In this document: in pieces, positions 38,225-49,145 of the stretch | How positions within the stretch are numbered: the stretch's first letter is position 1 | Layout of the letters: each line of letters starts with the position of its first letter | NCBI GenBank assembly: GCA_014905635.1 | Contig: JABVCE010000004.1 | Coordinates: forward strand, 310,001 to 374,000 | Origin: Scenedesmus sp. PABB004 | Taxonomy: Eukaryota | Reading direction: 5' to 3' | DNA length: 64,000 bases | Made by a program: the position numbers and the translations under genes | Notes under the pieces: model-generated | Database searches by the model: none | Seen by the model: only the letters and a program-made list of their open reading frames with translations | Told to the model about the DNA's origin: nothing

Positions 38225-40577
38225 TCAGCTGCTGCCGCCGAGCTGCTGCAGCTTCTCGCTCGCGACGTGCGCGATGCTCTTGCCCTCCTTGGCCGCGACC
38301 GCCTCGAGCGCCTTGAACGTCTCCTCGTCGATCGACACCTGAGAGACGACGGCGCGGCGGCGCGGGGCCGTTGGTTGAGCAAGCGCGGGCGCGCGGGCGG
38401 TGGGCACCGGCGGCGGGCCGGGCGCGGGCCCGCTTTCAGCGCGCGCGCTGCCGGCCGCGCGGCGCGCGCGGCGCGCGCGGCGCCGCACCTGGGGCAGGCT
38501 GGTGAGGCGCTCGGCGGGCACGTAGGCGGCCGCGTACTCGCGCAGCGACGCAAAGCCGATGCGCGCGACAAAGTCGCCAAACGCCTCGCCGGGGCTGCGG
38601 CGCGCCTTGAACGCGGCGAGCAGCGGCTCCAGGCCCGCCTCAAGGTCACGCAGCTTCAGGCGCTCCTGGTAGACCTTGGCCAGGCGCGTCTGGTTGGGCG
38701 AGCCGCCGAGCCAGAGCTGCGCGGGCGCAAGCGCGCCGCGCGCGCGGCGCGGGCGGCGGCCGTGAGCGCGCGCGCGACGGCGCGCGGGCGCGGCCGGGCC
38801 CGGGCAGCCACGGGCGGGCGAACGGCCTGGCCCTGCTGGCCGGCCCCCACAGCCGCCCCTTGGGCGCCGCACCTGGTACGAGTTGGGGCCGTCGCCGACA
38901 AAGCCAACCTCGGCCATGTAGGGCCGCGCGCAGCCGTTGGGGCAGCCCGTCATGCGCAGCGTGATCGGCTCGCCGGAGAGGCCGAGGCGGTCGAGCAGCG
39001 CCTCGACGCGGCGGTTGACGTCCGGCAGGCCGCGCTCCGCCTCGCTGATCGCGAGCCCGCACAGCGGCAGCGCGGGGCAGGCCATGCTGAGGCGGTCGAT
39101 CGCGCCAAGGTCCACCACGTCCACCAGGCCCGCCGCCTGCGGGGCGGCGGCGCGGCGCGGAGAATTGTTGTTGTTTTTGTGTGTGTGTGGGGGGGGGGGG
39201 GGCGCAGCAGCGTGCAGCGCGCAGCGCGCAGCGCGCAGCACGCGGCGCGCGGCGCGCGGCGCGCGCACCTCGAGGCTGGCCTGCACGTCGTCGCGCCAGG
39301 CGGGCTCAATGTCGCGCAGTATGATGTTCTGGTTGGCCGTGAGCGTGACGGGCAGCGCGTAGCGCTCGATCACGCCCCGCAGCGCGACCTTGGCGGCGCC
39401 CTTGATGCGCCCGTTCTGCGCGCGAGCGGCGAGCGGCGGGCGGGCGGCCGGCCGGCGCCGGGGCGTGGGGCTCGTGCGGGGCGCGGCGCGGCGGCGGCGC
39501 CGCCGGCGGGCGGGCCCACAAACAAACAGACACACGCCCACAGACAAACAAGCACACGCGCCCACAAACAAACAAACAAACACACGCATGCGCCCACACA
39601 CCTGCACGTAGACGCCGTAGAAGAGCTTGCCGTCGCCCTGCTCGTGCCAGCCGAGGTAGTCCTCAAACCGCCACGCCGGCAGCGGGCGGAACGGCTCGAG
39701 GGCCTTGCCCAGGTACTGCTCGACCACGGAGCGGAACTTGGCGAGCCCCCACTCATGGATGAGGTACTTCAGCCGCGCCTGCGCGGGCAGCGGTGTGTGC
39801 GGGGCGGTGTGAGGGGCAGGGGGCAGGGCAGCGCGGGCAGCGGTGTGTGCGGGGCGGTGTGAGGGGCAGGGCGCAGGGCAGCGCGAGCGGCGGCGTGCGA
39901 GGCCCCGGCGGGGGTGTGAGCAACGGGGGTGTTGAGTGTGGGGGCGTGAGCGGCGGTGTGTGAGCCGGGAGGAGCTGGCGCGCGCGAGCCCAGCGGCGCT
40001 GGGGCGCGGCGCGCGCGGGGCGGCGCGCCTGCTTGCGGTCGTCGCGGCGGCCGTAGTCGCGCTGCGTCGCGACGATGGCCTTAATCGCGTGGAAGATGTC
40101 CTCCTTGTCCACGTAGCCCAGCGGGTCGGCGAGGCGCGGGAAGGTGTCCTCGTTCCTGCGCGCGCGCGCGTGGGTGCGTGTTGAGGTGGTCGGGGCGAGG
40201 GAGCGGTGGGGGCGGGCACGGGGCGCGGGCCGCGGCAGCGGCACGGGGCGCACGTGTGCGGAGGCGGCAGGCGGCGCCGCGCGCTGCGGCCGCGCCGCCG
40301 CCGCGCGCCGCGCTTGCCTGTGGGTGCGGCCCATGCCGCCGCCGACGAGGAGGTTGAAGCCCTGCAGCTGCCCCTCCGCGTCGCAGATCACGACGACGCC
40401 GATGTCGTTGGTGAAGATGTCGACGCTGTTGTCGCCCGGCACGGTGACGGCGACCTTGAACTTGCGGGGCAGGAACTGCGCGCCGTAGATCGGCTCCGGG
40501 CTGCCCTCAAAGTTGGTGCCAAAGCCGTTGAACGCGCGGTCGGCGGTGACCTTGGGGTTCTGGCGGGTGGGGCGCCG

Positions 40578-40608
<31 letters not shown>

Positions 40609-41815
40609 AGCGTGGGCGGTTGGCCGCCGCGCGCGCGCGGGCGCCGCGCGCCGCGCGCCAGCGCCGCTGCCCGCGCGCCGCCGCCGCCCGCGCGCCGCCA
40701 CCGCCCGCGCGCCGCCGCCGCCCGCGCGCCGCGGCCGCCGCACCTCCTTGTACGCGCTGACGAAGCGCTCGCCGTCGAGCCAGACGTCGTAGTAGGCGCC
40801 GCTCTGGGGCGCGAGCAGGTCGGCGATGTCGTTGGCGACCTGCGTGGCGATGACGTACTCGGGGCGGTCCAGGTAGGGCGCGGCGGGGCCCATGACGTTG
40901 CGGTTGACGTCCCCGCACGCGGCGAGGGTGGAGCCCATGTTCTTGATCACGCTGCTGAACACGGTCTTGAGGTCCTGCTTCAGGACGCCGTGCAGCTGGT
41001 ACGCCTGCCGCGTCGTCAGGCGCAGCGTGCCGTTGCCGTACTGCGCGCGGCGGCGCGGGCGCGGGCGCGGGGCGGCGGGGCAGGGCGGAGTCGGCGGGGG
41101 CGGCGGGCGCCGCGCCAGAGCTGCTGCCGCCGGCAGCTGCCGCCTCGGCCGCTGCCGCGGGCGCGTCCAGGGCACGCGCGGCGTCGGCCGCCCGCGCCGC
41201 CGCTGCTGCTGCCCGCGCCGCTGCCGGCGCCGCTGCCGCTGCTCTGCCGGCGCCGCTGCTGCCGCCGCTGCCGCCGCATCTGCGGCCGCCGCCGCTGCTG
41301 CCGCGCCCCATTCCTCCCCTGGTCGGCGGCCCACCTGGTCGGCGAGGTCGTCCATGACGAGGTAGAGCTGGTTGGTGACGAGGCCCGCCGGCTGGCGCGT
41401 GCGCATCATGAACTGGTAGAACTTGCCCTGCCCGAACGCGCGCTTCTCGCGGTGGTCCTGCTGGTAGGAGCCGTGGAACTTCATGAGCTGCACCGCGTCG
41501 TCGGTGATGAAGGTCTCGTCGTTCACGAGCTCCTCCATCAGCGGGTGCCGCAGGTAGTCGCTGCGCTCCTTGATGATCTCCACCTGCGCCCCAGGAGCGC
41601 CCCCGGGTCGGCCTGCGCACGGAACGCGACGCGCCGCGCGCCCCCGGCGCCCCAGGCCGCGCCGGCGGCCGTGCCGGCCACGCATGCCGGCCGCGCACCT
41701 TGCTGCGCCGCGGCGCGCGGCTGGTGGGCGGCTTGCTCGGCACCGCGACCGCGCAAACCGACAGCCGCCGCCGGCTCGCCCCCGGGGCGCGCAGCCCCGC
41801 GCGTGTCGGCAGCAT
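38225..41815 (-). CDS. SIR: Ferredoxin-dependent sulfite reductase (plastid)
   Basis: Transit peptide, then [56 protein letters not shown] and [13 protein letters not shown] (siroheme/4Fe-4S Cys). Confidence 0.97.
39781..39880. repeat. Intronic tandem duplication (about 50 nt x2) in SIR
   Basis: GCGCGGGCAGCGGTGTGTGCGGGGCGGTGTGAGGGGCAGGG occurs at 39781 and 39831. Confidence 0.8.
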
Positions 41816-42064
41816 GGTGCCCGGCCTCCCCGCTGCTGCCGCTCGGCGCGCGCGGACCCCGGCGGGCGGTGGTGGTGGCTGCTGCCCGGCCGCTGCTGCC
41901 GGCGGGAGTGTGGGCGGCGCGACGGCCGGCGGCGGCGTGCGGAGGGGCGCCGCCCGCGTCGGCGAGGGTTCGCTGCACCGCCGGCGTGACGACGGAAACG
42001 CAGTCATCGCTCCAAGCCGCCAGCTCGCCACGCACCCGGCACGGTTGGCGCGAGCTGTGTCGCG

Positions 42065-44007
42065 ATGCGGCCGCACGCCGGGGCGCCGCGCGCGGCGCCG
42101 ACGCCGGCCGCGCCCGCTGCGCCGACGCCGGCGCGCGCGGCGATCGAGTACGCGCTCCGCCTGCTGCGCAGCTACGGCGTGGACGGCCTCTCCGCGGAGG
42201 CCGTGCGGCTGGCCAAGTTTGACGCACCGCAGGCGCGCGGCGGCGGGCGAGCGCGGCAGCGGTCGCCGGTCGCCCGCGGCCGCTGCTCACGCGCCGCCGC
42301 CGCCGCTGCCGCCGCCGCCGCAGGCGCGCCGCCCGCTGCTGGCGGCGCTGCACGACCTGGCCCTGTGCGTGGCGGCGGGGCTGCCGCGCGGCGGCGGCGA
42401 GGGCGTGCGGCGCCTGCGCGCGGAGCTGCTGCGCGAGGCGTTCGCCGGCGCAGACAGCCACCCACCGGCCGAGGGTGCGTGTCGCACGCGCACGTGGGGC
42501 GCGCAGGGGCGGCAGCAGGCGCGCGCGGGGCGGCAGCGGCTGCCGGCCGCTGGGCGACGGGCGCGCGCCGCCGCCACGCCGCCGCCCGCGCGTGCCGGCG
42601 CCGCGTGCCGCCGCAGGCGAGCTGCTGCTGCTGCACCTGCTCGCGGGGTGGGGCTGCCCGGGCGGCCTGGTGGCGGCGCTGGCACTGCCGGCGGCCTCGG
42701 CGCCTGGCGGCGGCAGCCGCGCCTGCCTGCTTGCGCTGGCGTGGCTCATCGGCCACGCACGGCTCTTTGACGCCGCGCTGCAGCACCTGCAGCTGCCGCC
42801 GTCGCTGCTGCCGCTGCTGCCCCCATACCCGGACGACACGGGCGGCGCCGCCGAGCCGCAGGCACGGCGCGCCGACGCGGCGCGCGCCGCCGAGGCGCAC
42901 GCGCGCCGGGTCCTGCGCCTGCTGGCGGCGCCCGCCGGCGCCGGCGCCGGCGCCGGCGCCTGGGCGCAGGTGCAGGCGGCGGCGCAGCACGTGCTGGCGT
43001 CGTATCGCGGCGCGTCGCTGCGGCTGCAGCTGCTCACGTCGCTGCAGGAGGGGCGGGAAAAGCTGCTGGACCAGGTGCACGCCCTGCAGGCGGAGCGCGC
43101 CCCGCCGGCCGGCGGCGGGCCGCCGCTGTCGGCGTTCGAGCTGCACCTGCTCGGCAGCCCGCCCCTGCTGGAGGCGCACGCGCAGGCGCTGCAGCAGGCG
43201 TGCGGGCTGCTGGAGGCGCAGCTGCAGTGCGCGGCCGCGGCGCGGACGTTCTTCGCGTGGGCCGGCAGCGTGCTGGAGGAAGAGCGCAGGAGCGCGGCGG
43301 CGGCCGCCGCCGCGCAGGGCGCCCAGGCGCTGCCGCCGCCGGCGGTCGCCGACGTGGCGCCGCTGCTGCGGCAGCTGCCGCCGGCGGGCTCGCCGCTGGC
43401 GGGCGCGGTCATGCGCCGCGTCGCGCGGCAGCTGCACGCGGCGCTGGCGGGGGCGGGGGCGGGGCTCGGCGCTGGTGCGCAGGCGGGCGCAGACGACGCG
43501 CTCGCCGCGGCGCCGCCTGGATTCGTGCGCGCCGCGGCAGCGGCCATGGTTGCGAGCGGGCTGGCGCCGGGGCCGCAGCCCGAGCTCGCCGCGCTGCCGG
43601 ACGACGTCACGCAGCAGCTCCGCGGCGCGGCGCGGCGCGGCGTGGAGCTGGGCACGGCGCGGCAGCGCGCCCAGGCGGCCGCGGCGCAGGCGGCGCGCTG
43701 GCAGCGGCGCCGCGTCGGCGCGGAGGAGCTGCCGGCGCTGCTGGGCGAGCTCGCGCTGGCGGACGCGGCGGGCGGGCCAGCGCCAGGCGCCGCCGCGGCG
43801 CCCCCCGCGCGCAGCGTGCCCGTGGCCGGCGAGCTGCAGCGCCTGAGCGCCGCCGCGCTGGCGGTCGCGAAGGGACTCGCGCGGGCGCGCGGCGCCAACA
43901 AGCAGCGCATGGCCGCCGCGTCCGAGCTGCTGCTGGCCGCCGGCGGCCGCGGCGGCGCGCCGGGCGCGCCGGGCGGCGGCGGGGCGCTGGTAATGTACGG
44001 CACCTGA
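42065..44007 (+). CDS. TEDC1: Tubulin epsilon and delta complex protein 1 (TEDC1/C14orf80)-like
   Basis: AIEYALRLL...AEAVRLAKFD, LLAALHDL, GWGCP and SRACLLALAWLI resemble the TEDC1 N-terminal domain. FFAWAGSVLE and a coiled-coil C-terminus follow. Confidence 0.65.
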
Positions 44008-44734
44008 GGGTAGGGCGCGAGCCGCCGGCACCCGCCGGCCGGGTCGTCACACGGGGGGTGCGCTTCAGCGGCGCGCTGCGCCGCGCACGGCTCGGGCGTG
44101 CGCGTTCGGCGCCGCCGATGCGACCATCATCACAGCCTCCTGCTGGCCCCCCGGCACTTGCACCCGGGCTGCCCGCGACGCTTGCTTTGCGCACCAGACG
44201 CCGCCGCCAGCGAGCCGCAGCAGCAGCGGCAGGCCCAGACGAGCGAGCGCCTGCCGGGAACGGAGTGACGTGAGAAAGCACAGGCGCGAAGGTGCGGCGA
44301 GGGCCTGGGCGCCGACGGGCCGGGTGCCCGCGCGCGGCAGCGCGGCAGCAGCGCGGCGCGGCGCCTGTGGCGCGCGCGGCGCGCCGTGAGCGCGCGTGGA
44401 GCAGCAGGTGGCGCGAGACAAGGATGATGGGACAGGCGCCAGCAGCCCAGCGCCACCGCAGCGGCGCCAGGGGGCAGCGAATGCCGCAGTGCCCCGCACC
44501 CGCCGCCACGGCGGGGCGCTGACCCCGTGCCGGCCCTGCGGCGCGTGGCTGGCCTCACCCGGGCGCCGGTGCCGGCGCTACAGGCCCAGCAGCGGCGCCA
44601 GCCAACCGCCAACCGTCCTCGCCTCGCTCGCAGGCACCCAGGAGCCCCGCCCCTGGCCCCTCGGCCCCCAGCAAGCGACCATCGCCGATCGCCGGACGCA
44701 GAGGCAGCGGCGGACGCCGGCAGCGGCGGGCGCG

Positions 44735-46791
44735 ATGGGCGGCGCCGGCCGGCGACCAGCGGCGCTGCTGCTGCTGCTCGCGCTCGCGCTCGGCGGCGGC
44801 GGCGGGCCCGGCGCCGGCGCCGGGGCGGGCGTGCGCGTCGCGGCGGCGGCGGCGGCGCCGCTGCGCTTCGCGATCGTCAACCAGGTGCACTTTCACCTCG
44901 AGGTCGTCGCGGGCGCGATGCAGGTGCTCAGCGGCCTCACGAGCGCGCCCGTGACGGTCTACCTCCCCGCCAAGGTCCTCTCGGGCAACTGGTACGGCTT
45001 CCGCAACTGGCTCGGCGCGCGCGAGGGCTTTGAGTGGAAGGAGTGCAAGGACTACGACGGCACAACGACGTACGACCTCGTGTGGTTTGTGAGCCCCGAG
45101 TACCACATCTCCTGGGTCGCGAGCGTCGCGGCGCAGATGAAGCCGGCCGTCGCGCTGGTCATGGTGCACAACGGCCACATCCCCGACGCCGACTTCAACA
45201 AGATCAAGGCCATAAACCCCGGCTTCCCGCTCATCACGCTCTCGCCGCACGTCGCCGCCAACATCAGCAGCCGCGCCGCGCCGGTGTCGCCGCAGTGGCT
45301 GCTACCCATCTACCCGTACACCCCCGGCAACGCCTGCGCGCTCGCCGACATACAGGCGCGCGCGGCGCGCAGCGGCGGCGCCGGCGGGCCCGCGGCGCGC
45401 CCGCGCCGGCGGCCCGCGCTTGGTTCGCGCCGCGCCCGCGCTCGACCCGCGCTCGACCAGCGCTCGACCCGCGCTTGACCCGCGCCGCGCCCGCGCACGC
45501 GCCCGCGCGCGGCCGCCAGGGCGGCAAGTCGTGCCTGAAGGGCTTCAGCGTGCAGGGGCGCATCGAGAAGAGCCGGCGCAACTACACGGAGATGTGGGAG
45601 CAGATCAGCGCCTACCGCACCACGGAGGGCGCCGACGCGCTCAAAAACTTTCGGCTCAACATCCTCGGCGAGAGCGTCGAGTTCTTCAGCGTCCCGGGTG
45701 CGGCAGCACGCGCCGCGCCCCGCCCGCCGCGCTGACGCCGCGCACCGCACCGCACCGCACCGCGCCGCGCGGTGCCCGCCGCGCCGCTCACGGCCGCCGC
45801 CCCCACCCGCCGCGCCCCGCCCGCGCCGCGCCGCGCAGCGCCGGTGCGCGACCTGGTCGCGGTGTACAAGAACCCGCCGTACCCCATCTTTTACGACGTC
45901 GTGTACCACAGCTACGGCCTCGTGCCGATGCTGGCCAGCCCGCTCTACTACGCGAGCAAGTTCAGCTCCACCGTGCTCACCAGCTTCATCACGGGTGTGA
46001 ACCGCGGCGCCCGCGGCGCCCGCGGCGGCGGCGGCGGCCGCGGCGGCCGCGGCGGCAGCCAGCTCCCCGGCCGCGCCCGCGCCACGCAGGCGCGCGCGCG
46101 CTCACCGCGTGCCCCGCCCGCGCGCGCGCTGCTCCCGCCGCCGCCGCCGCCGCCGCCGCCGCGCCGCGCGTGCGCGCTGCCAGGCGTGCCCATCATCGCG
46201 GACAAGCGCTTCATGGCAGCGTACAGCATGATCGAGCGCCCAGCCGTCTACTACCAGGCGCGCCGCGCCGCGCGGCGGGGCGGGGCGGCCGGGCGGGCGG
46301 GGGCGGGCGGCTGGGAGGCCGCGGCGCAGCGGGCGCATGCGCGCTCGCGCCGGCGCCCGCCGCCGACCGCGCGCCGACCGCCGCCCGCGCGCGCCGCCCG
46401 TCCTCCCTTGCAGGACGACGACAAGAACGAGCTGGACGTGATGTTCAGCGTCGCGCGCATGGCGCCCGAGGAGATGTGGCGCACGCGGCTGTCGCTCGAT
46501 GAGCTGCGGCGCAAGATGAACACGCGCGTCGCCGGCCTGCTCGTGGGTTGGCTCAAGGACAAGGGCCTCGCGCCGGACGTGCCGCTGCCGGGCGCCGACG
46601 CGGCGGGCACCGCGGGCGGTGGCGGTGTCGCCGCGGCCGCCGGCGCGGGGCGGCGGCGCGACGCGCGGCGCGCGCTGCTGTCGCCGCTGTGGCTGCTCGA
46701 GCGCGCGGCGGAGCAGGCGGCGGGCGGCGTCGCGGCGCTGCTGCACCCCGGCGGCGCGGCGCTGCCGGCGGCGGCGCACCCGCAGCCGTGA
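44735..46791 (+). CDS. Uncharacterised secretory-pathway protein, possibly glycosyltransferase-like
   Basis: Hydrophobic signal/anchor ALLLLLALALG and strongly coding exons: RFAIVNQVHFHLEVVAG, FSVQGRIEKSRRNY, YYASKFSSTVLTSFITG|VPII. The function is a guess. Confidence 0.6.
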
Positions 46792-47107
46792 GCGGCGTGG
46801 GGAGAGAGGGCGCTGCTGGGGCAACAGCTGACCGGATCGCGCTGGAGTGAGTGCAGCTGCAGCCTGGCAAGTCGCAGCCGGCCGGCAGCCGTGCGCCGCG
46901 CGGCTGCTCAACCGCCGTTGACGCCCGGCTGGCTCAGCGCGCCTGCGCTGCTGCAGCAGTCCCATCGATCGCTCCCACACTCTCCTAGCCATTCGCTCAG
47001 TCCATTCGCGCCAGGGCACGCCGATCGGCCGTCGGCACTACACTACAGCGCCGCCGCCCGCCCGCGGCGGCCGTGTGCGCGCCGCGCGCCCGCCGCCACC
47101 GCTCAGC

Positions 47108-48907
47108 ATGGCCCGTTGCGCGGCCCTGGCGCTGCTGCTGGCGCTGGCGGGCGCCCTGGGCCCCGCGGGGGCCGCGGGCTACTCTGTGCTGTTCTACCCG
47201 CTGAGCGAGCGCACGCACATGCTGGTGCACCTCAAGCTCGCCACCGAGCTCGCCGCCCGGGGCCACACCGTGCACTTCATGACCGCCGACTGCCACCAGG
47301 ACTTTGCGGAGGCCACTGCCACGCGCTTTGCAGCCGCGCGCGCCGTCGTCACCGGCAGCGACGGCAGCGGCGGCAGCGGCGGCGCCGGCGCCGCTGGCAC
47401 CAGCGCGGCGCCGCGCTGGCGCTGGGGCTGGGGCAGCAACGGCGCCACCGCCGCCGCCGCCGGCGCCGGCGCCAGCGCCCCGCCGCGACGTGGGCACGGC
47501 CTGACGTGGGTGCCCTACGCGATGGACTGCGCGCGGCACGAGGCCGAGAAGGCCGCGAGCCAGGCGGTGCACCCGCTGCGCGCGACGCCCGCGATCCTGG
47601 GCAACGTGCTCGGCCGCGCCGACGCCGTGCTGGCCAACGCCACGCTGCTCGCGCAGCTCGCGGGCCTCGCGCCGGGGCTGGACCTCATGGTCAACGACGT
47701 CCTCTCCCTCGGCATGCTCCTCTCGGCCAAGCTCGGGCTGCCGCACGTCGACCTCGACGTCGGCACCGCCGGCGCGCTGTGGGAGGCCGTGTTTTACGGT
47801 GCCGAGCCCGCCGCGAGCTACGCGCCGGGCGTGGGCACGTTCTTCGCGACCAACGGCATGCCCCTCTGGCAGCGCGCCGCCAACCTCGTCGCGACCAAGC
47901 TCGCGCGCGGGCTCGTCGCCGCCGCGTACTGGGCGCCCGGCGGCCCGGTGCAGCGCCTCGTGTCGCGGCACGCGGTGCCGCTGTCGTGGCCTTACACGAG
48001 CTACCTGCTGCTGCTGACCAACAGCAACTTTGCGACCGAGCCGCCCCGCGCGCTGCCGCCGAGCGCGCGCTACGTGGGACCCATCCTGCCCGAGCCGGCG
48101 CGCCCGCTGCCGGCGCGGCTCGCGGACTGGCTCGCCGGCGCGGGCCCCGGCGGTGCGGTGCTCGTGAGCTTCGGCGGCACGCTCCAGGCGCCGCTGTCGG
48201 CGAGCCGCACGCTCGCGGCGGCCATGGCGGCGATGCCGGGCGTGCGCTTCGTGTGGCGGCTCAGCGGCGAGCACCAGGCCGCGCTCGCGCCCGAGCTCGC
48301 GGCCCTGCCCAACGTGCTCGTCGACGCGTGGCTGCCCCAGAACGACCTGCTCGGCGCGCCCGGCCTGCGCGCGTTTGTGAGCCAGGGCGGCTACCTGAGC
48401 ATGGCGGAGGCGGCCTACCACGGCGTGCCGGTGCTGGGCATGCCCTTTATTGTGGGCCAGGGCGAGCTCATCCGCTTCGCCGAGGACCAGGGCCGCGCGC
48501 GGCGCCTGCCCGCCGACACGCTCACCGCGGGCCGCGTCGCGCCGTTTGTGGCCGCGCTGACCGACCTGCTCCAGCGCCCGAGCTACGCGGCCGCCGCGGC
48601 GGTCACGGCGGCGCGCCTGCGCGCCGCGCGGCGGCCGTACGTCGCCGAGGCGGCCGACGCGGTGGAGTTTGCCGCGGCGGTCGCGGAGCACGGCCCCTTC
48701 CTGCAGCCCTTCAAGGTGCGCCAGTGGTGGCACCAGCAGGTCATGCTGGACGTGATCCTGCTCTACGCCGCCGCCGCGGCGCTGCCGGCGTGGCTCACGC
48801 TGCGCGCGCTGCGCCGCGCGGCGTGGGCGCGCGCCGGCGCGGCGCCGCCGCGGCGCGGCCCGCTCGCGCACGTGAGCCTCCCCGCGGCCAAGGCCAAGGC
48901 GACATGA
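47108..48907 (+). CDS. UDP-glycosyltransferase (GT1/UDPGT), intronless, membrane-anchored
   Basis: Signal peptide, THM...ELAARGHTV, VLVSFGG and the UGT signature WLPQNDLLG...FVSQGGYLSMAEAAYHGVPVLGMPFIVGQ. C-terminal TM helix and KAKAT*. Confidence 0.92.
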   Translation: MARCAALALLLALAGALGPAGAAGYSVLFYPLSERTHMLVHLKLATELAARGHTVHFMTADCHQDFAEATATRFAAARAVVTGSDGSGGSGGAGAAGTSAAPRWRWGWGSNGATAAAAGAGASAPPRRGHGLTWVPYAMDCARHEAEKAASQAVHPLRATPAILGNVLGRADAVLANATLLAQLAGLAPGLDLMVNDVLSLGMLLSAKLGLPHVDLDVGTAGALWEAVFYGAEPAASYAPGVGTFFATNGMPLWQRAANLVATKLARGLVAAAYWAPGGPVQRLVSRHAVPLSWPYTSYLLLLTNSNFATEPPRALPPSARYVGPILPEPARPLPARLADWLAGAGPGGAVLVSFGGTLQAPLSASRTLAAAMAAMPGVRFVWRLSGEHQAALAPELAALPNVLVDAWLPQNDLLGAPGLRAFVSQGGYLSMAEAAYHGVPVLGMPFIVGQGELIRFAEDQGRARRLPADTLTAGRVAPFVAALTDLLQRPSYAAAAAVTAARLRAARRPYVAEAADAVEFAAAVAEHGPFLQPFKVRQWWHQQVMLDVILLYAAAAALPAWLTLRALRRAAWARAGAAPPRRGPLAHVSLPAAKAKAT

Positions 48908-49145
48908 CGCGGCGCGGCGCCGCACCGCCCATTGCCGGCCGCGCTGCCCTGAACGCCGCGCGGCCGGGCGAGTACTTGCGGCGCGCGTGTGCGCGCCCGT
49001 GCAAGCGATGATCTGTCAAGCGCTCTGTGTGTGTGTTTGCGTGCATGTTGCGGCCTGCGCCAGTGGCAACTTGGAGAGCTCGCGCTGCTGCTAGCTGTGG
49101 CAACCGACCGCTCGCGCCACCGGCCCTCGCTGAGTTGCACCGCGC

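Noticed and set aside
39515..39600. A/C-rich tract (CAAA/CACA) as a foreign insertion or repeat array
   Set aside because: It lies wholly within a SIR intron and is a simple GT-rich microsatellite on the sense strand.
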